Origin: Pseudomonadota bacterium
GTDB lineage: Bacteria; Pseudomonadota; Gammaproteobacteria; Steroidobacterales; MnTg04
NCBI GenBank assembly: GCA_022560735.1
Contig: JADFSO010000013.1
Span: forward strand, 4,851-68,850
DNA length: 64,000 nucleotides
Direction of reading: 5' to 3'
The translations under genes were made by a program, and so were the position numbers. A model generated the notes under the pieces. It did not search any database and was not told the DNA's origin. It saw nothing but the letters and a program-made list of their open reading frames with translations. Below, one piece after another: positions 11,401 through 20,936 of this stretch (positions are counted from its first letter, which is position 1; the number at the start of each line of letters is the position of its first letter).

Positions 11401-12593
11401 ATGGCAACGTGATTGCCGCCCTGGGGGCCAACGACCGCTCGTTCAGGTGGGATTCCAGGCTGGAGCGTGCCGACTCGCTGCAACTGACGGCTACGGCAGA
11501 CAGCGGCTGGACAGAAATCTGGCAACTGATCACCAGCCCGAGCTGGCACATCGATTTCAGCGGCGTGCCCGAGGTCCGGGCGGAAACGGACGACTCGTAC
11601 TGGGTCGCCGAGTTCGACCCACTGCCGGGCGAGACCCTGGATATTTCGGTATCGCGCCCGACCGCGATCGCCGGCGACACACTGGCGATCGACAACGTGC
11701 AACTGACCAGCAAAGTCGGTAAACGCTCGGCCAGTTCGACGCTGGGTTTTTCCTACCGCAGCACCCAAGGCAAGCAGCATACGATCACGCTGCCCGCCGA
11801 TGCCGAGGTGACCCGGGTCATGGTCGATGACCGGCCGTTGCAGGTGAGACCGGAAAACGGCCTGCTGCCGCTGAGCATCCAACCGGGTAGTCACGAGGTG
11901 ACGATCGATTGGCGCGATCCACAAAAAGCCGGGAGCAGCAACCGCACAGCCATGGTCAACCTGAACTCCCCGGCGAGCAATATTCACCTGAAACTGCAGG
12001 TGCCCGAGAACCGCTGGATCTTGTACACCGGCGGTCCCGCGCTGGGTCCGGCCGTGCTTTACTGGCCGGCGTTGCTGCTGATGATCGCGATCGCGCTGGG
12101 GCTGGCAAAAATCAAGCGCACGCCGTTGCGCCGCAGGGACTGGGTATTGCTCGGTCTGGGGCTGAGCACTTTTTCGTGGGGCACGCTGATGCTGATGGCG
12201 GCCTGGCTGTTCGTCATGGATTATCAGCAGGACATCCGCGACAAGCTCGAAAAGCGGCAGTTCAACCTGCTGCAAGCGGCGCTCGGGATTTTCTCGGTCG
12301 TGGTCCTGGTCCAGTTGCTGACCGCGGTGCCCGATGGCCTGCTCGGCACACCGAATATGCAGATCATCGATTCGGATTACCAGGACAACACGCTGAACTG
12401 GTTCGCCGATCAAAGCGATGGCGAATTACCGACCGGCAACACGATTACCGCGCCCATGTGGCTGTACAAGGTGGCGATATTGCTGTGGGCGCTGTGGCTG
12501 AGTTTTGCGCTGATCCGCTGGATTCCGTGGGCCTGGCGCTGTTACAGCCGGGGCGGTCTGTGGAAAGGCAAGGTGGAAACCACGCAGGGCTAG
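8415..12593 (+). CDS. 1392-aa signal-peptide-bearing polytopic membrane protein of unknown function with two homologous modules
   Basis: AAGGAG 8 nt upstream of ATG 8415. N-terminal signal-like FAFSSFLTLILLSTTGFAQQ. Hydrophobic clusters lie at about nt 9850-10130 (4 TM), about 10590-10760 (TM plus a second signal-like ...LLAAPGTIPTANA/E) and about 12050-12540 (4 TM). I recognise no catalytic motif. Confidence 0.75.
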   Translation: MHSPRFAFSSFLTLILLSTTGFAQQPATHVPPDLEPWRQWVLQGEEFRNCPFYANRGAGEESNHLCAWPGVLSLSLNQGNGSFEQTWTVHEAGWVALPGDQKYWPEAVSVDGRPAAVVSRGSHPFVYLEAGSHRLGGSFNWDARPGSLRVPLATGLLSLRLDGREIDVPDRRKDTVWLGERQRTVEQQEQIGIEVYRLISDGVPTIVTTRVMLNVSGPGREEVLGNALLPGHTPMQLHSALPARLESDGRLRVQVRPGNWQLTLISRAGTASNEIARSAPSEHWPAQEIWSYQPDNRLRVSAAEAASPVDPSQVDVPGEWRNFAAFRLAADQSLRIIERQRGLSDQDANRLTLDRKLWLDFDGKGYTAQDVIRGQMRKDWRLDMLPPYRLASVRNNQTEQNLLVTEGSEPGWTGVELRQPNISIETVSRIEDAGSSLAASGWNVQFDNIRTTLSLPPGYRLLAAPGADHSGGAWFQRWRLLDVFLVLLIAVAAGRMLTPAFGGLVLVMMTLTYQEVFAPVWSWLNLLIAIALAQVAPEGRFRTLTRRYRAISFLTVLVIALPFAANQVRLAMFPQLEHSRLIEFQAAGVDFMRTPVRSPAKMERFPGDDRFEVESRSLAAVITREDIDKSGVLSEADVKRRLQMRSATAERPAMAEDVAEQGLIEVTGSRITVAGIMDRYSANTLLQTGPGKPQWSWNNYQLRWSGPVLASESFRLVIMPSWLTAIWRVASVLLLALVLLGLARRNYRLPGGIDKWMPGKGSVAILLVALLAAPGTIPTANAEIPDQALLEELKQRLTENPECAKRCAEYSSASVTVGNNRVDMILDVQASVNVAVPLPGSGDRWEPTTVRVDGQPRRNILRTPDGVMWIELDAGVHEIRLSGPLNANDSQELFFSKRPHRVELQTTGWDASGVVDGKLLAGSIGLTRIRKDGEKKTLSSDRFPTFVKVSRRIYFNLDWVVVTTVQRRAPASGSITVEIPLLAGETVDSENVEVRDGNVIAALGANDRSFRWDSRLERADSLQLTATADSGWTEIWQLITSPSWHIDFSGVPEVRAETDDSYWVAEFDPLPGETLDISVSRPTAIAGDTLAIDNVQLTSKVGKRSASSTLGFSYRSTQGKQHTITLPADAEVTRVMVDDRPLQVRPENGLLPLSIQPGSHEVTIDWRDPQKAGSSNRTAMVNLNSPASNIHLKLQVPENRWILYTGGPALGPAVLYWPALLLMIAIALGLAKIKRTPLRRRDWVLLGLGLSTFSWGTLMLMAAWLFVMDYQQDIRDKLEKRQFNLLQAALGIFSVVVLVQLLTAVPDGLLGTPNMQIIDSDYQDNTLNWFADQSDGELPTGNTITAPMWLYKVAILLWALWLSFALIRWIPWAWRCYSRGGLWKGKVETTQG

Positions 12594-12626
12594 TCTGCAT
12601 ACTTCACCAGGGATCGCGGACCAGGC

Positions 12627-14051
12627 TTATCTGCGTTTAACGTGTTTTCTCAGGCGCTCGCGCTTCTTCTCCTGGCGCGGGGTCAGCTTGTTGCGCCTGC
12701 CCGCGTAGGGGTTCTTGCCGCTGCGGAACTCGACGCGTATCGGCGTGCCCTTCAGGCGGAAAACCTTCCTGAAATGATTGATCAGGTAACGCCGGTATGT
12801 CGCCTTGACCTTGGCGGTCTGGTTGCCGTGGATGACGATGATCGGTGGATTCCTGCCGCCCTGGTGGGCATAACGCAGCTTGATCCGCCGGCCACCGACC
12901 AGCGGATGCGGGTGACGGGTGACCGCGTCTTCGAGGCACGCAGTCAGCTCCGGCGTCGACAGATCGCGCATCGCGGCCGCGTAGGCTTTTCTGACCTCGC
13001 CGAGTAATTTACCGACGCCATTGCCATGCAGCGCGGATATAAAATGCAGCGAGGCGAAATCGACGAACGGCAGGCGCAACTCGAGGCCGCGGTGCGTGTT
13101 CTGTTTTTGTTCCTCGCTCAAGCCATCCCATTTGTTGACCGCGAGCACCAGCGCCCTGCCGCGTTGCACGATCAGTCCGAGCAAGCCGGCGTCTTGATCG
13201 GTTACGCCTTCACGGGCATCGGTCAACGCGATCACCACGTGGGCGTCGTCGATCGCTTTGAGGGTCTTGATGATGCTGAATTTCTCGACCAGGTCGCTGA
13301 CCCGGGCCCGCCGGCGCACGCCGGCCGTGTCGATCAGCGTGTAATCGTGTTTGCCGCTGGTAAACGGCACGAATACGCTGTCCCGGGTGGTGCCGGGCTG
13401 ATCGAAGGTAACCAGCCGCTCCTCGCCGAGGAACCGGTTGATCAGCGTGGATTTGCCGACATTGGGGCGACCGACGACGGCGACCCGGATTCCCGGGTAC
13501 AGGCTGTCCAGATCGATTTTCGTATCCGGGAAATCCTCGAGCACGAGTTCCATCAAGGCGCCGATGTTGTGCCCGTGCGCCGAGGAGATCGCCAGCGGTT
13601 CGCCCAGGCCCAGCGCATGGAATTCGGCGCCGGCGGCATCCGCTTGCAAACCCTCGGCCTTGTTGACCACCAGGTACAGGGTCTTGCCCAGGCGACGCAG
13701 CATTTCGGCGACATCGGTGTCGCTCGGCATCAGGCCCTCACGGCTGTCCACCATGAACAGGACGACATCGGCTTCGTCCAGCGCGGCCTGTGTCTGCCGC
13801 GCCATCAGCGCGGCAATGCCTTCTTTCTCGCCGGACAGACCGCCGGTATCGACCACCAGGTAATCGCGCGGGCCCACCTTGCCAAAACCGTATTGCCGGT
13901 CCCGGGTCAGCCCCGGCATATCGGTGACCAGCGCATCGCGGGTGCGGGTCAGGAAATTGAACAGCGTGGATTTACCGACATTGGGCCGGCCCACCAGGGC
14001 GATGACCGGCAGCCCGCCAGCGGGATCCGTGACCGCCGGCGCGTTGCTCAA
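12627..14051 (-). CDS. der: ribosome-associated GTPase Der (EngA)
   Basis: 474 aa with two tandem G domains, each with P-loop GRPNVGKST, and a C-terminal KH-like domain with a basic tail. Confidence 0.96.
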   Translation of the reverse strand: MSNAPAVTDPAGGLPVIALVGRPNVGKSTLFNFLTRTRDALVTDMPGLTRDRQYGFGKVGPRDYLVVDTGGLSGEKEGIAALMARQTQAALDEADVVLFMVDSREGLMPSDTDVAEMLRRLGKTLYLVVNKAEGLQADAAGAEFHALGLGEPLAISSAHGHNIGALMELVLEDFPDTKIDLDSLYPGIRVAVVGRPNVGKSTLINRFLGEERLVTFDQPGTTRDSVFVPFTSGKHDYTLIDTAGVRRRARVSDLVEKFSIIKTLKAIDDAHVVIALTDAREGVTDQDAGLLGLIVQRGRALVLAVNKWDGLSEEQKQNTHRGLELRLPFVDFASLHFISALHGNGVGKLLGEVRKAYAAAMRDLSTPELTACLEDAVTRHPHPLVGGRRIKLRYAHQGGRNPPIIVIHGNQTAKVKATYRRYLINHFRKVFRLKGTPIRVEFRSGKNPYAGRRNKLTPRQEKKRERLRKHVKRR

Positions 14052-14054
14052 GGC

Positions 14055-15227
14055 TCAATCCTCGGCGACAGGCAGTTTCGCCCGATAAGCAGACAACCGG
14101 CCGCCATCGCTTTGTACAAAAACGAGGTCATCGAGCACCAGCGGCGTCGCACTGATCCGGCCGCCGCCAACCTTGTTGCGCGCCGCCAGCTTGCCATCGC
14201 TCCGCTTGAACCAATGCAGATAGCCCTCGAAATCGCCGGCCACCAGGAAAGCGCCATAGACCGCGGTCGTGGTCAGCATCCTGCGGTGCAGCGCATCCTG
14301 CTGCCAGAGGATTTCGCCGTTGCGCCGCGCCATCGCGACGATGTGGCTTTTGTCATCGGTCAGGTACAGCGTGCTGCCATCGCTGGAGATGCCGCGATGG
14401 CTGGACAGCTCGCGTTCCCACCAGGCCTGCCCCGATTCCAGCGCCAGCATCGCAACCCGACCCTGGTAACCGGTGACGAAAATATCCGCACCCATGATCA
14501 GCAACTGGCCGTCGATATCCGACAGTCTTTCGATTTCCGTCCTGCCGGTCGCCGGACTGACCAGCGTGTCCCAGACCGTGGCGCCGTCTTCCAGGGAAAT
14601 CGCCATGACCCGGCCATCGTCAAACCCGCAGATAATGACATCGTCGCTGATGACCGGGCTGGAGTTTCCCCTCAGCGTCAGCCGCGGCACCTCCTGCTCG
14701 ATCAGCCAGACCTGGGAGCCGTCGGTCACCGACAGGCCATGAACGCTGCCATCGACCGTGCGCACGACCACGATGTTCCTGCTGATTGCCGGCGTCGACA
14801 ACACCTCGCTGCTCAGGCTGGTCCGCCAGCGCTCCTTGCCATCGAGGGTGTTCAGGGCGATGACCTCGCCGTTGCCGCTGCCCAGCACCAGCATGCCTTC
14901 ACCGACGCCCGGTCCACCGGAGAACGCGATATCTATAGAGGTCTTCCAGTAGGTCTTGCCGCTGATCGTATCGACCGCGATGACCTTGCCGTCGTGGCTG
15001 GCCGCATAAACGCGGGCGCCATCGCTAACCGGTTTCAGACCCAGGTAAAGGTTCTCCGTATCGCCGCCGATCTTGACGCTCCAGACCTTCCGCACCCGGA
15101 ATTCACGATCGAAATCGGCCAGCTCAACGGGTGGATCCGCGGGTTCGTCCTTGCCAAAGATTCCACAGCCGCCGGCCAGGGCGGCGATCAGCAAGACGGG
15201 CAGCAGTCGGTATATCGGATCGGTCAT
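14055..15227 (-). CDS. bamB: outer membrane protein assembly factor BamB
   Basis: 390 aa with lipobox LAGGC and repeated PQQ-like beta-propeller blades (G.V.A....G...W). Conserved position between yfgM and der. Confidence 0.93.
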   Translation of the reverse strand: MTDPIYRLLPVLLIAALAGGCGIFGKDEPADPPVELADFDREFRVRKVWSVKIGGDTENLYLGLKPVSDGARVYAASHDGKVIAVDTISGKTYWKTSIDIAFSGGPGVGEGMLVLGSGNGEVIALNTLDGKERWRTSLSSEVLSTPAISRNIVVVRTVDGSVHGLSVTDGSQVWLIEQEVPRLTLRGNSSPVISDDVIICGFDDGRVMAISLEDGATVWDTLVSPATGRTEIERLSDIDGQLLIMGADIFVTGYQGRVAMLALESGQAWWERELSSHRGISSDGSTLYLTDDKSHIVAMARRNGEILWQQDALHRRMLTTTAVYGAFLVAGDFEGYLHWFKRSDGKLAARNKVGGGRISATPLVLDDLVFVQSDGGRLSAYRAKLPVAED

Positions 15228-15931
15228 GGATCCTCACCCGGCGCTTCGCTGGATTCCTCGCTGGATTCCTCGCTGGAAACCTCGCTGGATTCCTCGCTGA
15301 GTTCTTCGGCCAGGCTGTCCAGTTTCATCTGCAGCAACTGGGTGTTGACCACCCCTTGCTCGAACAAACCGAGCGCCTGCCGGTATTCGTCACGCGCAGT
15401 CGCTTGATCGACCAGGCCAAAATGAGCGTCTCCCCTGAGTTCGTGGTAACGCGCCGCGAACCGGCCCGGGTCGGGGATAGCCAGTGTTTGCAAGGCGGTG
15501 GCATACTCTGCCTGCTCCATTTGCAGGCGAGCCAGCCGCAGCCGCGCAATGTGCCGGATTTCCTCGTCACGGGTGTTTTCGAGCACGCCGGACAAATAGC
15601 CGGCGGCCAGTTCCGCTTCCGACTGCCCCACGTGATACTTCGCCAGCGCGAACCCGGCCAGGTCGGCGTATGGCGTATCCTGGTATTCAGAGATCAGCCT
15701 GGCGCCCACCTCGAGCGCGGTCGCCGCAGTGGCGTTTTCCAGCGCCTCGCTCATGGCCGTATAGGCCTCCGAGCCTTCGCCGGCTCGCGTTTCGCGATAC
15801 TGTTGCCACTGGTTCCAACCCACCAGCCCGGCGATGCCCACGACCAGGCCGGCGATTATGTACATGCCATTCTCGCCCCACCATTGCCGAATTTGCGCTA
15901 TTTGCTCTTTTTCCGAAAGAAACTCGTCCAC
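15224..15931 (-). CDS. yfgM: YfgM-family membrane-anchored TPR-like protein
   Basis: 235 aa. MDEFLSEKEQIAQIRQWWGENGMYIIAGLVVGIAGLVGW (N-terminal anchor) followed by a TPR-like helical domain. Conserved hisS-yfgM-bamB order. Acidic SEESSE tail. Confidence 0.85.
   Translation of the reverse strand: MDEFLSEKEQIAQIRQWWGENGMYIIAGLVVGIAGLVGWNQWQQYRETRAGEGSEAYTAMSEALENATAATALEVGARLISEYQDTPYADLAGFALAKYHVGQSEAELAAGYLSGVLENTRDEEIRHIARLRLARLQMEQAEYATALQTLAIPDPGRFAARYHELRGDAHFGLVDQATARDEYRQALGLFEQGVVNTQLLQMKLDSLAEELSEESSEVSSEESSEESSEAPGEDP
15246..15299. repeat. in-frame 12-bp tandem repeat (about 4.5 copies of TCGCTGGATTCC)
   Basis: Read directly: copies start at 15246, 15258, 15270 (variant GGAAACC) and 15282, plus a partial copy at 15294. 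On the minus strand it encodes the SEESSEVSSEESSEESSE tail of YfgM. Confidence 0.9.
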
Positions 15932-15949
15932 TTCGACTCCTGTCCTGAT

Positions 15950-17239
15950 CTAAAGGCCTGCTTCGCCCGCGGCCAGCAATTGCCGCACGCGTTCAACCAG
16001 TTCGTGTTGTTCACAGCTTTGCTGCGGTTCATCGCTGCGCAGCGGTTTGATCGCGATGGTCCCGGCGGCGCATTCTTCTTCACCCATGATCAGGGCCAGT
16101 CTTGCGCCGCTGCGATCCGCCCTTTTTAGCTGGCTTTTGAAACTGCCGCCACCGGCGTTACAGACCACCGCGATATCATCGGGCGCGTCCCTGAGTTCCT
16201 CGGCCAGGCGCATGCCCCTGAACTCGGCCTGGTCACCGAGCAGCGCAAAAAATACATCGGGTACTGCGGGCTTCGCCGCGCAACCGGCCTGCTCCACCAG
16301 CGCAACCAGGCGCTCCATGCCCAGCGCCCAGCCGACGGCCGGCATCGGCTTGCCGCCAAGCTGCTCCACCAGGCCATCGTAGCGGCCGCCCGAACAGACG
16401 GCGTCCTGGGCGCCCAGCTTGTCGGATACCCATTCGAACACGGTGCGCGTGTAATAATCCAGACCGCGCACCAGTCTTGGCGCCAGCTCGTATTCGCAAC
16501 CGGCCTCATCCAGGTAGCGGCGCAAATCCTCGAAATGCCGTGCCGATTCCTGGTCCAGGTAATCGGTGATCGACGGCGCGCCATCGATAATGCCGGCCAT
16601 ATCGGGATTTTTGCTGTCGAGGATACGCATCGGGTTGGCCTCGAGCCGCCGCCTGCTGTCATCGTCCAGGCCATCTGCGTGAGCGCTGAAATATTCGACC
16701 AGTTTTTCCCGGTACACTGCGCGGGATTCCGGGGTGCCCAGGCTGTTGATCTTCAGGGTCAGGCCGCCGACCCCCAGTTCGCGCCAGAGCCGCGCCGACA
16801 ACAATATCAGTTCCGCATCGATATCCGGCCCGGCAAACCCCAGCGCCTCGGCATCGAGTTGGTGAAATTGCCGGTAACGGCCTTTCTGCGGCCGCTCGTA
16901 ACGAAACATCGCGCCGCCACACCATAGACGCTGTTGCTGGTTATACAGCAGGCCGTTGCTCAGCCCGGCCCGCACGATGCCCGCGGTCCCTTCGGGGCGC
17001 AGGGTCAGGCTCTCGCCGTTGCGATCCTCGAAGCTGTACATCTCCTTCATCACGATATCGCTCAGCTCACCGATCGAGCGCTTGAACAGTTCGGTGCGTT
17101 CGAGCAGCGGCACGCGAATTTCCTGGTAACCGTACCTCGCGAACAGCACGCGAGCGACCGCCTCCACCTGCTGCCAGATGGCAGTCTGCCCGGGCAGGAT
17201 ATCGTTCATCCCCCGAATCGGCTGAATGCCTTTACTCAT
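15950..17239 (-). CDS. hisS: histidine--tRNA ligase
   Basis: 429 aa. MSKGIQPIRGMNDILPGQTAIWQ, LRPEGTAGIVRA and FRYERPQKGRYRQFHQ class II synthetase motifs. Confidence 0.97.
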   Translation of the reverse strand: MSKGIQPIRGMNDILPGQTAIWQQVEAVARVLFARYGYQEIRVPLLERTELFKRSIGELSDIVMKEMYSFEDRNGESLTLRPEGTAGIVRAGLSNGLLYNQQQRLWCGGAMFRYERPQKGRYRQFHQLDAEALGFAGPDIDAELILLSARLWRELGVGGLTLKINSLGTPESRAVYREKLVEYFSAHADGLDDDSRRRLEANPMRILDSKNPDMAGIIDGAPSITDYLDQESARHFEDLRRYLDEAGCEYELAPRLVRGLDYYTRTVFEWVSDKLGAQDAVCSGGRYDGLVEQLGGKPMPAVGWALGMERLVALVEQAGCAAKPAVPDVFFALLGDQAEFRGMRLAEELRDAPDDIAVVCNAGGGSFKSQLKRADRSGARLALIMGEEECAAGTIAIKPLRSDEPQQSCEQHELVERVRQLLAAGEAGL

Positions 17240-17320
17240 AATGTAGTATGTCCCGGCCGCTCGATATCGAACCGGCTTCTTTCGATCGCCGGCGACAGGC
17301 GCCTTTCAATCTCTGGATTT

Positions 17321-18184
17321 TTAATCGCTCTCAATCGTGATCTGGGCCGTATTTCCACGGCGTCGCGCATTTTGCAGTGCGAACGGCTCGCCGTCTACCA
17401 GGATTTCCACGCCATCGGCAAAACCGAGGAAAATTTCCACCGGCGGCACGCCGATCAGCGTCCGCTCGCTGCCTGCCGCGCCCATCTCATAGACCAGGCG
17501 CCGGCCCCGTGCGTCATAAGCTTCGATCCACGATTCACGGTTGAAAAGCACGGTCACAGTCTTGCTGCCAAGCGCCGCTCGCACCGGCGCTTCGGTGGCA
17601 GGCGATTCCGCCACCGTGCCGGCATTGCCGGCTGCCACCGGCGGCTCGACCGGCAACGCGACACCGCCTGGCGTATCGCGATCGGCATCGCCGGCCGCTT
17701 CGTAGTCTGCGGCTTGCGGCAATACAATCTGCGGCGTCGCGGCCAACCCGGCGTCATCCATGGCATTGATCCGCTCGACGACCCACAGGACCGCATAAGA
17801 CAGCGCGACCATCGAAATCGCAAAAGCGACCGCGAGCGCAATCCTGCGAACCCGCCGGTCCCGCCGCATGACTATTTCGACTTCGGTTGAAACCACCGCG
17901 GGACTCGGGTCGGTACCCAGCGGATCCATTTGCCCGAACAATTGTTCGCTATCGAGCTTTAGCAGCGATGCATAGTTCCTCAGGTGCCCGCGTACGAAAA
18001 CCGGTGCGCCAATCACCTCGAAGCGCTCGCTTTCCAGCGCATCGATCTGGTACTCGCCAAGATGCAATTCCGCGGCAACCTGGGCAATCGCAAGTCCTTG
18101 TTGCTCGCGCGCCTCCCTTAATTGCTGTCCGGGACCGGTCCGGGTCTCGTGCGATTCATCCTGTCTGCCCGGTTCATCCGACAT
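17321..18184 (-). CDS. rodZ: cytoskeleton protein RodZ (HTH, single TM, C-terminal DUF4115-like domain)
   Basis: Track ORF 17321..18316 trimmed to ATG 18184 ([42 protein letters not shown]). The TM is IALAVAFAISMVALSYAVLWVV. Overlaps the pilW stop by 11 nt. Confidence 0.85.
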   Translation of the reverse strand: MSDEPGRQDESHETRTGPGQQLREAREQQGLAIAQVAAELHLGEYQIDALESERFEVIGAPVFVRGHLRNYASLLKLDSEQLFGQMDPLGTDPSPAVVSTEVEIVMRRDRRVRRIALAVAFAISMVALSYAVLWVVERINAMDDAGLAATPQIVLPQAADYEAAGDADRDTPGGVALPVEPPVAAGNAGTVAESPATEAPVRAALGSKTVTVLFNRESWIEAYDARGRRLVYEMGAAGSERTLIGVPPVEIFLGFADGVEILVDGEPFALQNARRRGNTAQITIESD

Positions 18185-18947
18185 TTTTCTCCGCCTCCAG
18201 CAACCAGCGGACTTCAATGGAATCCGGGAATTTCTCCAGCAATTGCGTCGAATAGTCGCCGGCCGCGGCCTTGTCGCCGAGCGCCTGCTCCACGCGCAGA
18301 CCCAGCCACAAGGCATCGGACGTCGCCGCCGCCGTGCTGGCCATGTAGCGATCCATGAACGCCCTGGCCTGCAGGTAAATTTTATCCGCGAAGCTCAGAT
18401 CCGCCAACTGCAGGAGCGCGTCGGTGAATTCGGGGTCCGCTCCCAGCGCGAGCCGGAAATACGACTCCGCCTGCCCGGTCTTCCCTTTATCGCGGGCACA
18501 CACGCCGGCGTTGGTATGGGCAGCGGCCGGCGTTTCGTAGAGCGGGTCCTTCAAGGCCTTGGCGAAACTTGCCATCGCCTCGTCGTAAGCCCCCCGCTGG
18601 CAAAGAAACGCGCCATGGTTATTCAGCGTCGATGAGTTGTCCGGCTCCAGGCGCAATGAATGACGATATTCCACATCCGCCTCTTCCAGCCTGCCAAGCC
18701 GGGTATACAAAAACGCCAGCGCCGTGCGGGTATCGGCGCGATCGGGGTCCTGGACAACCGACTTCTCCAGTTTCTGCAGCGCCACAGCCATCTGACCCTG
18801 GCGCATATAAGTGACGCCCAGTTGCAGATTGTAGCCGGCGGCGGCGCTGATCGATGCTTCGTCGGGTTCGGGTTTGCGCCCGGTAGTCACACAGGCGCTG
18901 GCCAGCGCTACGGATAAAATAATTAGAAGCCGGATGGTCCCTTTCAT
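18174..18947 (-). CDS. pilW: type IV pilus biogenesis/stability lipoprotein PilW (PilF of Pseudomonas), TPR
   Basis: 257 aa with lipobox LASAC and TPR repeats. Conserved position between rlmN and rodZ. Confidence 0.85.
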   Translation of the reverse strand: MKGTIRLLIILSVALASACVTTGRKPEPDEASISAAAGYNLQLGVTYMRQGQMAVALQKLEKSVVQDPDRADTRTALAFLYTRLGRLEEADVEYRHSLRLEPDNSSTLNNHGAFLCQRGAYDEAMASFAKALKDPLYETPAAAHTNAGVCARDKGKTGQAESYFRLALGADPEFTDALLQLADLSFADKIYLQARAFMDRYMASTAAATSDALWLGLRVEQALGDKAAAGDYSTQLLEKFPDSIEVRWLLEAEKNVG

Positions 18948-20050
18948 GCGCTCGATACCTGTCGAATCAGCTTGTCACCCAGGCGCGCCGTGGTCCGGTC
19001 CGTGACCCTGCCGGCCAGTTGCCCGCAGGCCGCATCGATGTCCTGCCCCCGCGTGCGCCGGGTCGTGGTCATGATACCGCCGTCCAGCAGGATTTGCCTG
19101 AATTCGTCGATCCGTTGCGCCGGCGAGCAACGATACCCGGTGCCGGGAAACGGATTGAAGGGAATCAGGTTGACCTTGGCCGGCCGGTCACGCAGCAGGC
19201 GCGCCAGCTCCCTGGCGTGAACGTGGCTGTCGTTGACGCCATCCATCATCACGTATTCGAAGGTGATTTGCCGGTTGTTGCGTTTTTTCGCATACCCCCA
19301 GCAGGCATCGAGCAATTCCCGGATCGGATGTTTGCGATTGATCGGCACCAGGCGGTCGCGCAATTCGTCATTGGGCGCATGCAGCGACACCGCCAGCGCC
19401 ACATTGCAATCGTCACCCAGTTTGACCATGTTTGGCACCAGCCCCGATGTGGACAGCGTGACCCGGCGCCGCGATAACTCGAAACCCAGCTCGTCGATCA
19501 GCAGCTGCAATACCGGCACCACGTTGCGGTAATTGGCCAGCGGCTCTCCCATCCCCATGAACACCACGTTACTGATGACCCGGTCCGTCGCCAGCGCCGT
19601 TTCCCCAAGCAGACGCTTGGCCAGCCAGACCTGGCCGGCGATCTCCGCACTGCTCAGGTTGCGGTTGAAACCCTGCTTGCCGGTCGCGCAAAAACTGCAA
19701 TCCAGCGCGCAGCCGACCTGGCTGGAAATACACAAAGTACCGCGGTCCGCCTCGGGGATAAAGACCATCTCGATCGCCTGCGAGGCGCCGGTCTGCAACA
19801 ACCACTTGCGCGTGCCGTCGTTCGAAAGTCGTTCGGTCACGATCACGGGTGGCTTGACCTCGGCAAGTTCCTTCAGCCGCTCCCGCAAGGTCTTGCTGAT
19901 ATCGGTCATGCGGTCGAAATCGGCTTCGCCCTGGCGATAAATCCACTTCATCAACTGGCGCGCGCGATAAGGCTTCTCGCCGAGCCCGGCGAGGAAATCC
20001 TCCAGTTGCGGCCGTGAAAGACCCAGCAGGTTTTGGCGTTCGCCATTCAT
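18944..20050 (-). CDS. rlmN: 23S rRNA/tRNA adenine-C2 methyltransferase RlmN (radical SAM)
   Basis: 368 aa with radical-SAM CALDCSFC (CxxxCxxC) and GMGEPLAN motif. Confidence 0.96.
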   Translation of the reverse strand: MNGERQNLLGLSRPQLEDFLAGLGEKPYRARQLMKWIYRQGEADFDRMTDISKTLRERLKELAEVKPPVIVTERLSNDGTRKWLLQTGASQAIEMVFIPEADRGTLCISSQVGCALDCSFCATGKQGFNRNLSSAEIAGQVWLAKRLLGETALATDRVISNVVFMGMGEPLANYRNVVPVLQLLIDELGFELSRRRVTLSTSGLVPNMVKLGDDCNVALAVSLHAPNDELRDRLVPINRKHPIRELLDACWGYAKKRNNRQITFEYVMMDGVNDSHVHARELARLLRDRPAKVNLIPFNPFPGTGYRCSPAQRIDEFRQILLDGGIMTTTRRTRGQDIDAACGQLAGRVTDRTTARLGDKLIRQVSSA

Positions 20051-20077
20051 CGGATGGTCCGCGGATCGGGCAGCCGG

Positions 20078-20503
20078 CTAGCGGGTGCGCGGACAGACCC
20101 CATTGTCGCCAAAGAAAAAGCCGATTTCCTGCGCAGCGGTTTCCGGCCCGTCCGAACCATGTACGACGTTGGCGTCTATCGAGGCGGCAAAATCGGCGCG
20201 TATCGTGCCCGGATCGGCATCCGCCGGGTCGGTTGCGCCCATGATTTCGCGATTGCGCGCGATGGCGTTCTCGCCTTCCAGCACTTGCACCAGCACCGGA
20301 CCGGAACTCATATAGCCGACCAGGTCGGCATAAAACGGCCGTTCCCGGTGAACCGCGTAAAACTCGCCGACTCGCTCGGCCGGCAAATGCATCATCCGTG
20401 ACGCGACTATGCGCAGGCCACCGGCTTCGAAGCGTTTGCAGATTTCACCGATGATGTTTTTTTCGACGCCATCGGGCTTGATAATCGATAAAGTACGTTC
20501 CAT
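20078..20503 (-). CDS. ndk: nucleoside-diphosphate kinase
   Basis: 141 aa. [13 protein letters not shown] start and active-site NVVHGSD. Confidence 0.97.
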   Translation of the reverse strand: MERTLSIIKPDGVEKNIIGEICKRFEAGGLRIVASRMMHLPAERVGEFYAVHRERPFYADLVGYMSSGPVLVQVLEGENAIARNREIMGATDPADADPGTIRADFAASIDANVVHGSDGPETAAQEIGFFFGDNGVCPRTR

Positions 20504-20566
20504 TTAATGATTTTCCCTGTTTTTCGACGGAAATACCGGCATTTCCAGGACTTTTCGTGAAAGTTC

Positions 20567-20890
20567 TCAGACGTTGAAACTTTCGCCGCAGCCACACTCA
20601 CCCTTGCTGCGCGGATTCCTGAACTTGAAAGCCTCGTTGAGGCCCTGCTTGATAAAATCCACTTCGGTGCCATCGATCAGCGGCAGGCTGTCTGCATCGA
20701 CCACGACCTTGACGCCCCGGTCTTCGAACACGGTATCGTTTTCCTCCACCGTGTCGGCGTAATTGATGACATAGGCAAACCCGGAACAACCGGTTTTCTT
20801 GACGCCCAGGCGCAAACCCAGGCCACTGCCTCTTTTTTCCAGGTAGGACTTGACGCGGTCGGCCGCGGATTGGGTCAGCGATATGGCCAT
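20567..20890 (-). CDS. iscA: iron-sulfur cluster insertion/A-type carrier protein
   Basis: 107 aa. GCSGF and C-terminal CGCGESF cysteine motifs. Confidence 0.92.
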   Translation of the reverse strand: MAISLTQSAADRVKSYLEKRGSGLGLRLGVKKTGCSGFAYVINYADTVEENDTVFEDRGVKVVVDADSLPLIDGTEVDFIKQGLNEAFKFRNPRSKGECGCGESFNV

Positions 20891-20936
20891 AACAGGTATT
20901 TTCTCACAGCTGTTTTCAAATGTAATCCACTACAGT

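Noticed and set aside
15246-15299. Short tandem repeats (here and at 43449..43493) considered as a CRISPR-like or VNTR array
   Set aside because: The units are 12-15 bp, contiguous without spacers, and lie in or at the end of coding sequence. They are not CRISPR. I saw no repeat-spacer architecture anywhere in the window.
13026-15407. 793-aa plus-strand ORF spanning der and bamB
   Set aside because: It is entirely antisense to two unmistakable genes. The product is a low-complexity Arg/Ala/Gly/Gln-rich string with no motifs. This is the typical long shadow ORF of high-GC DNA.
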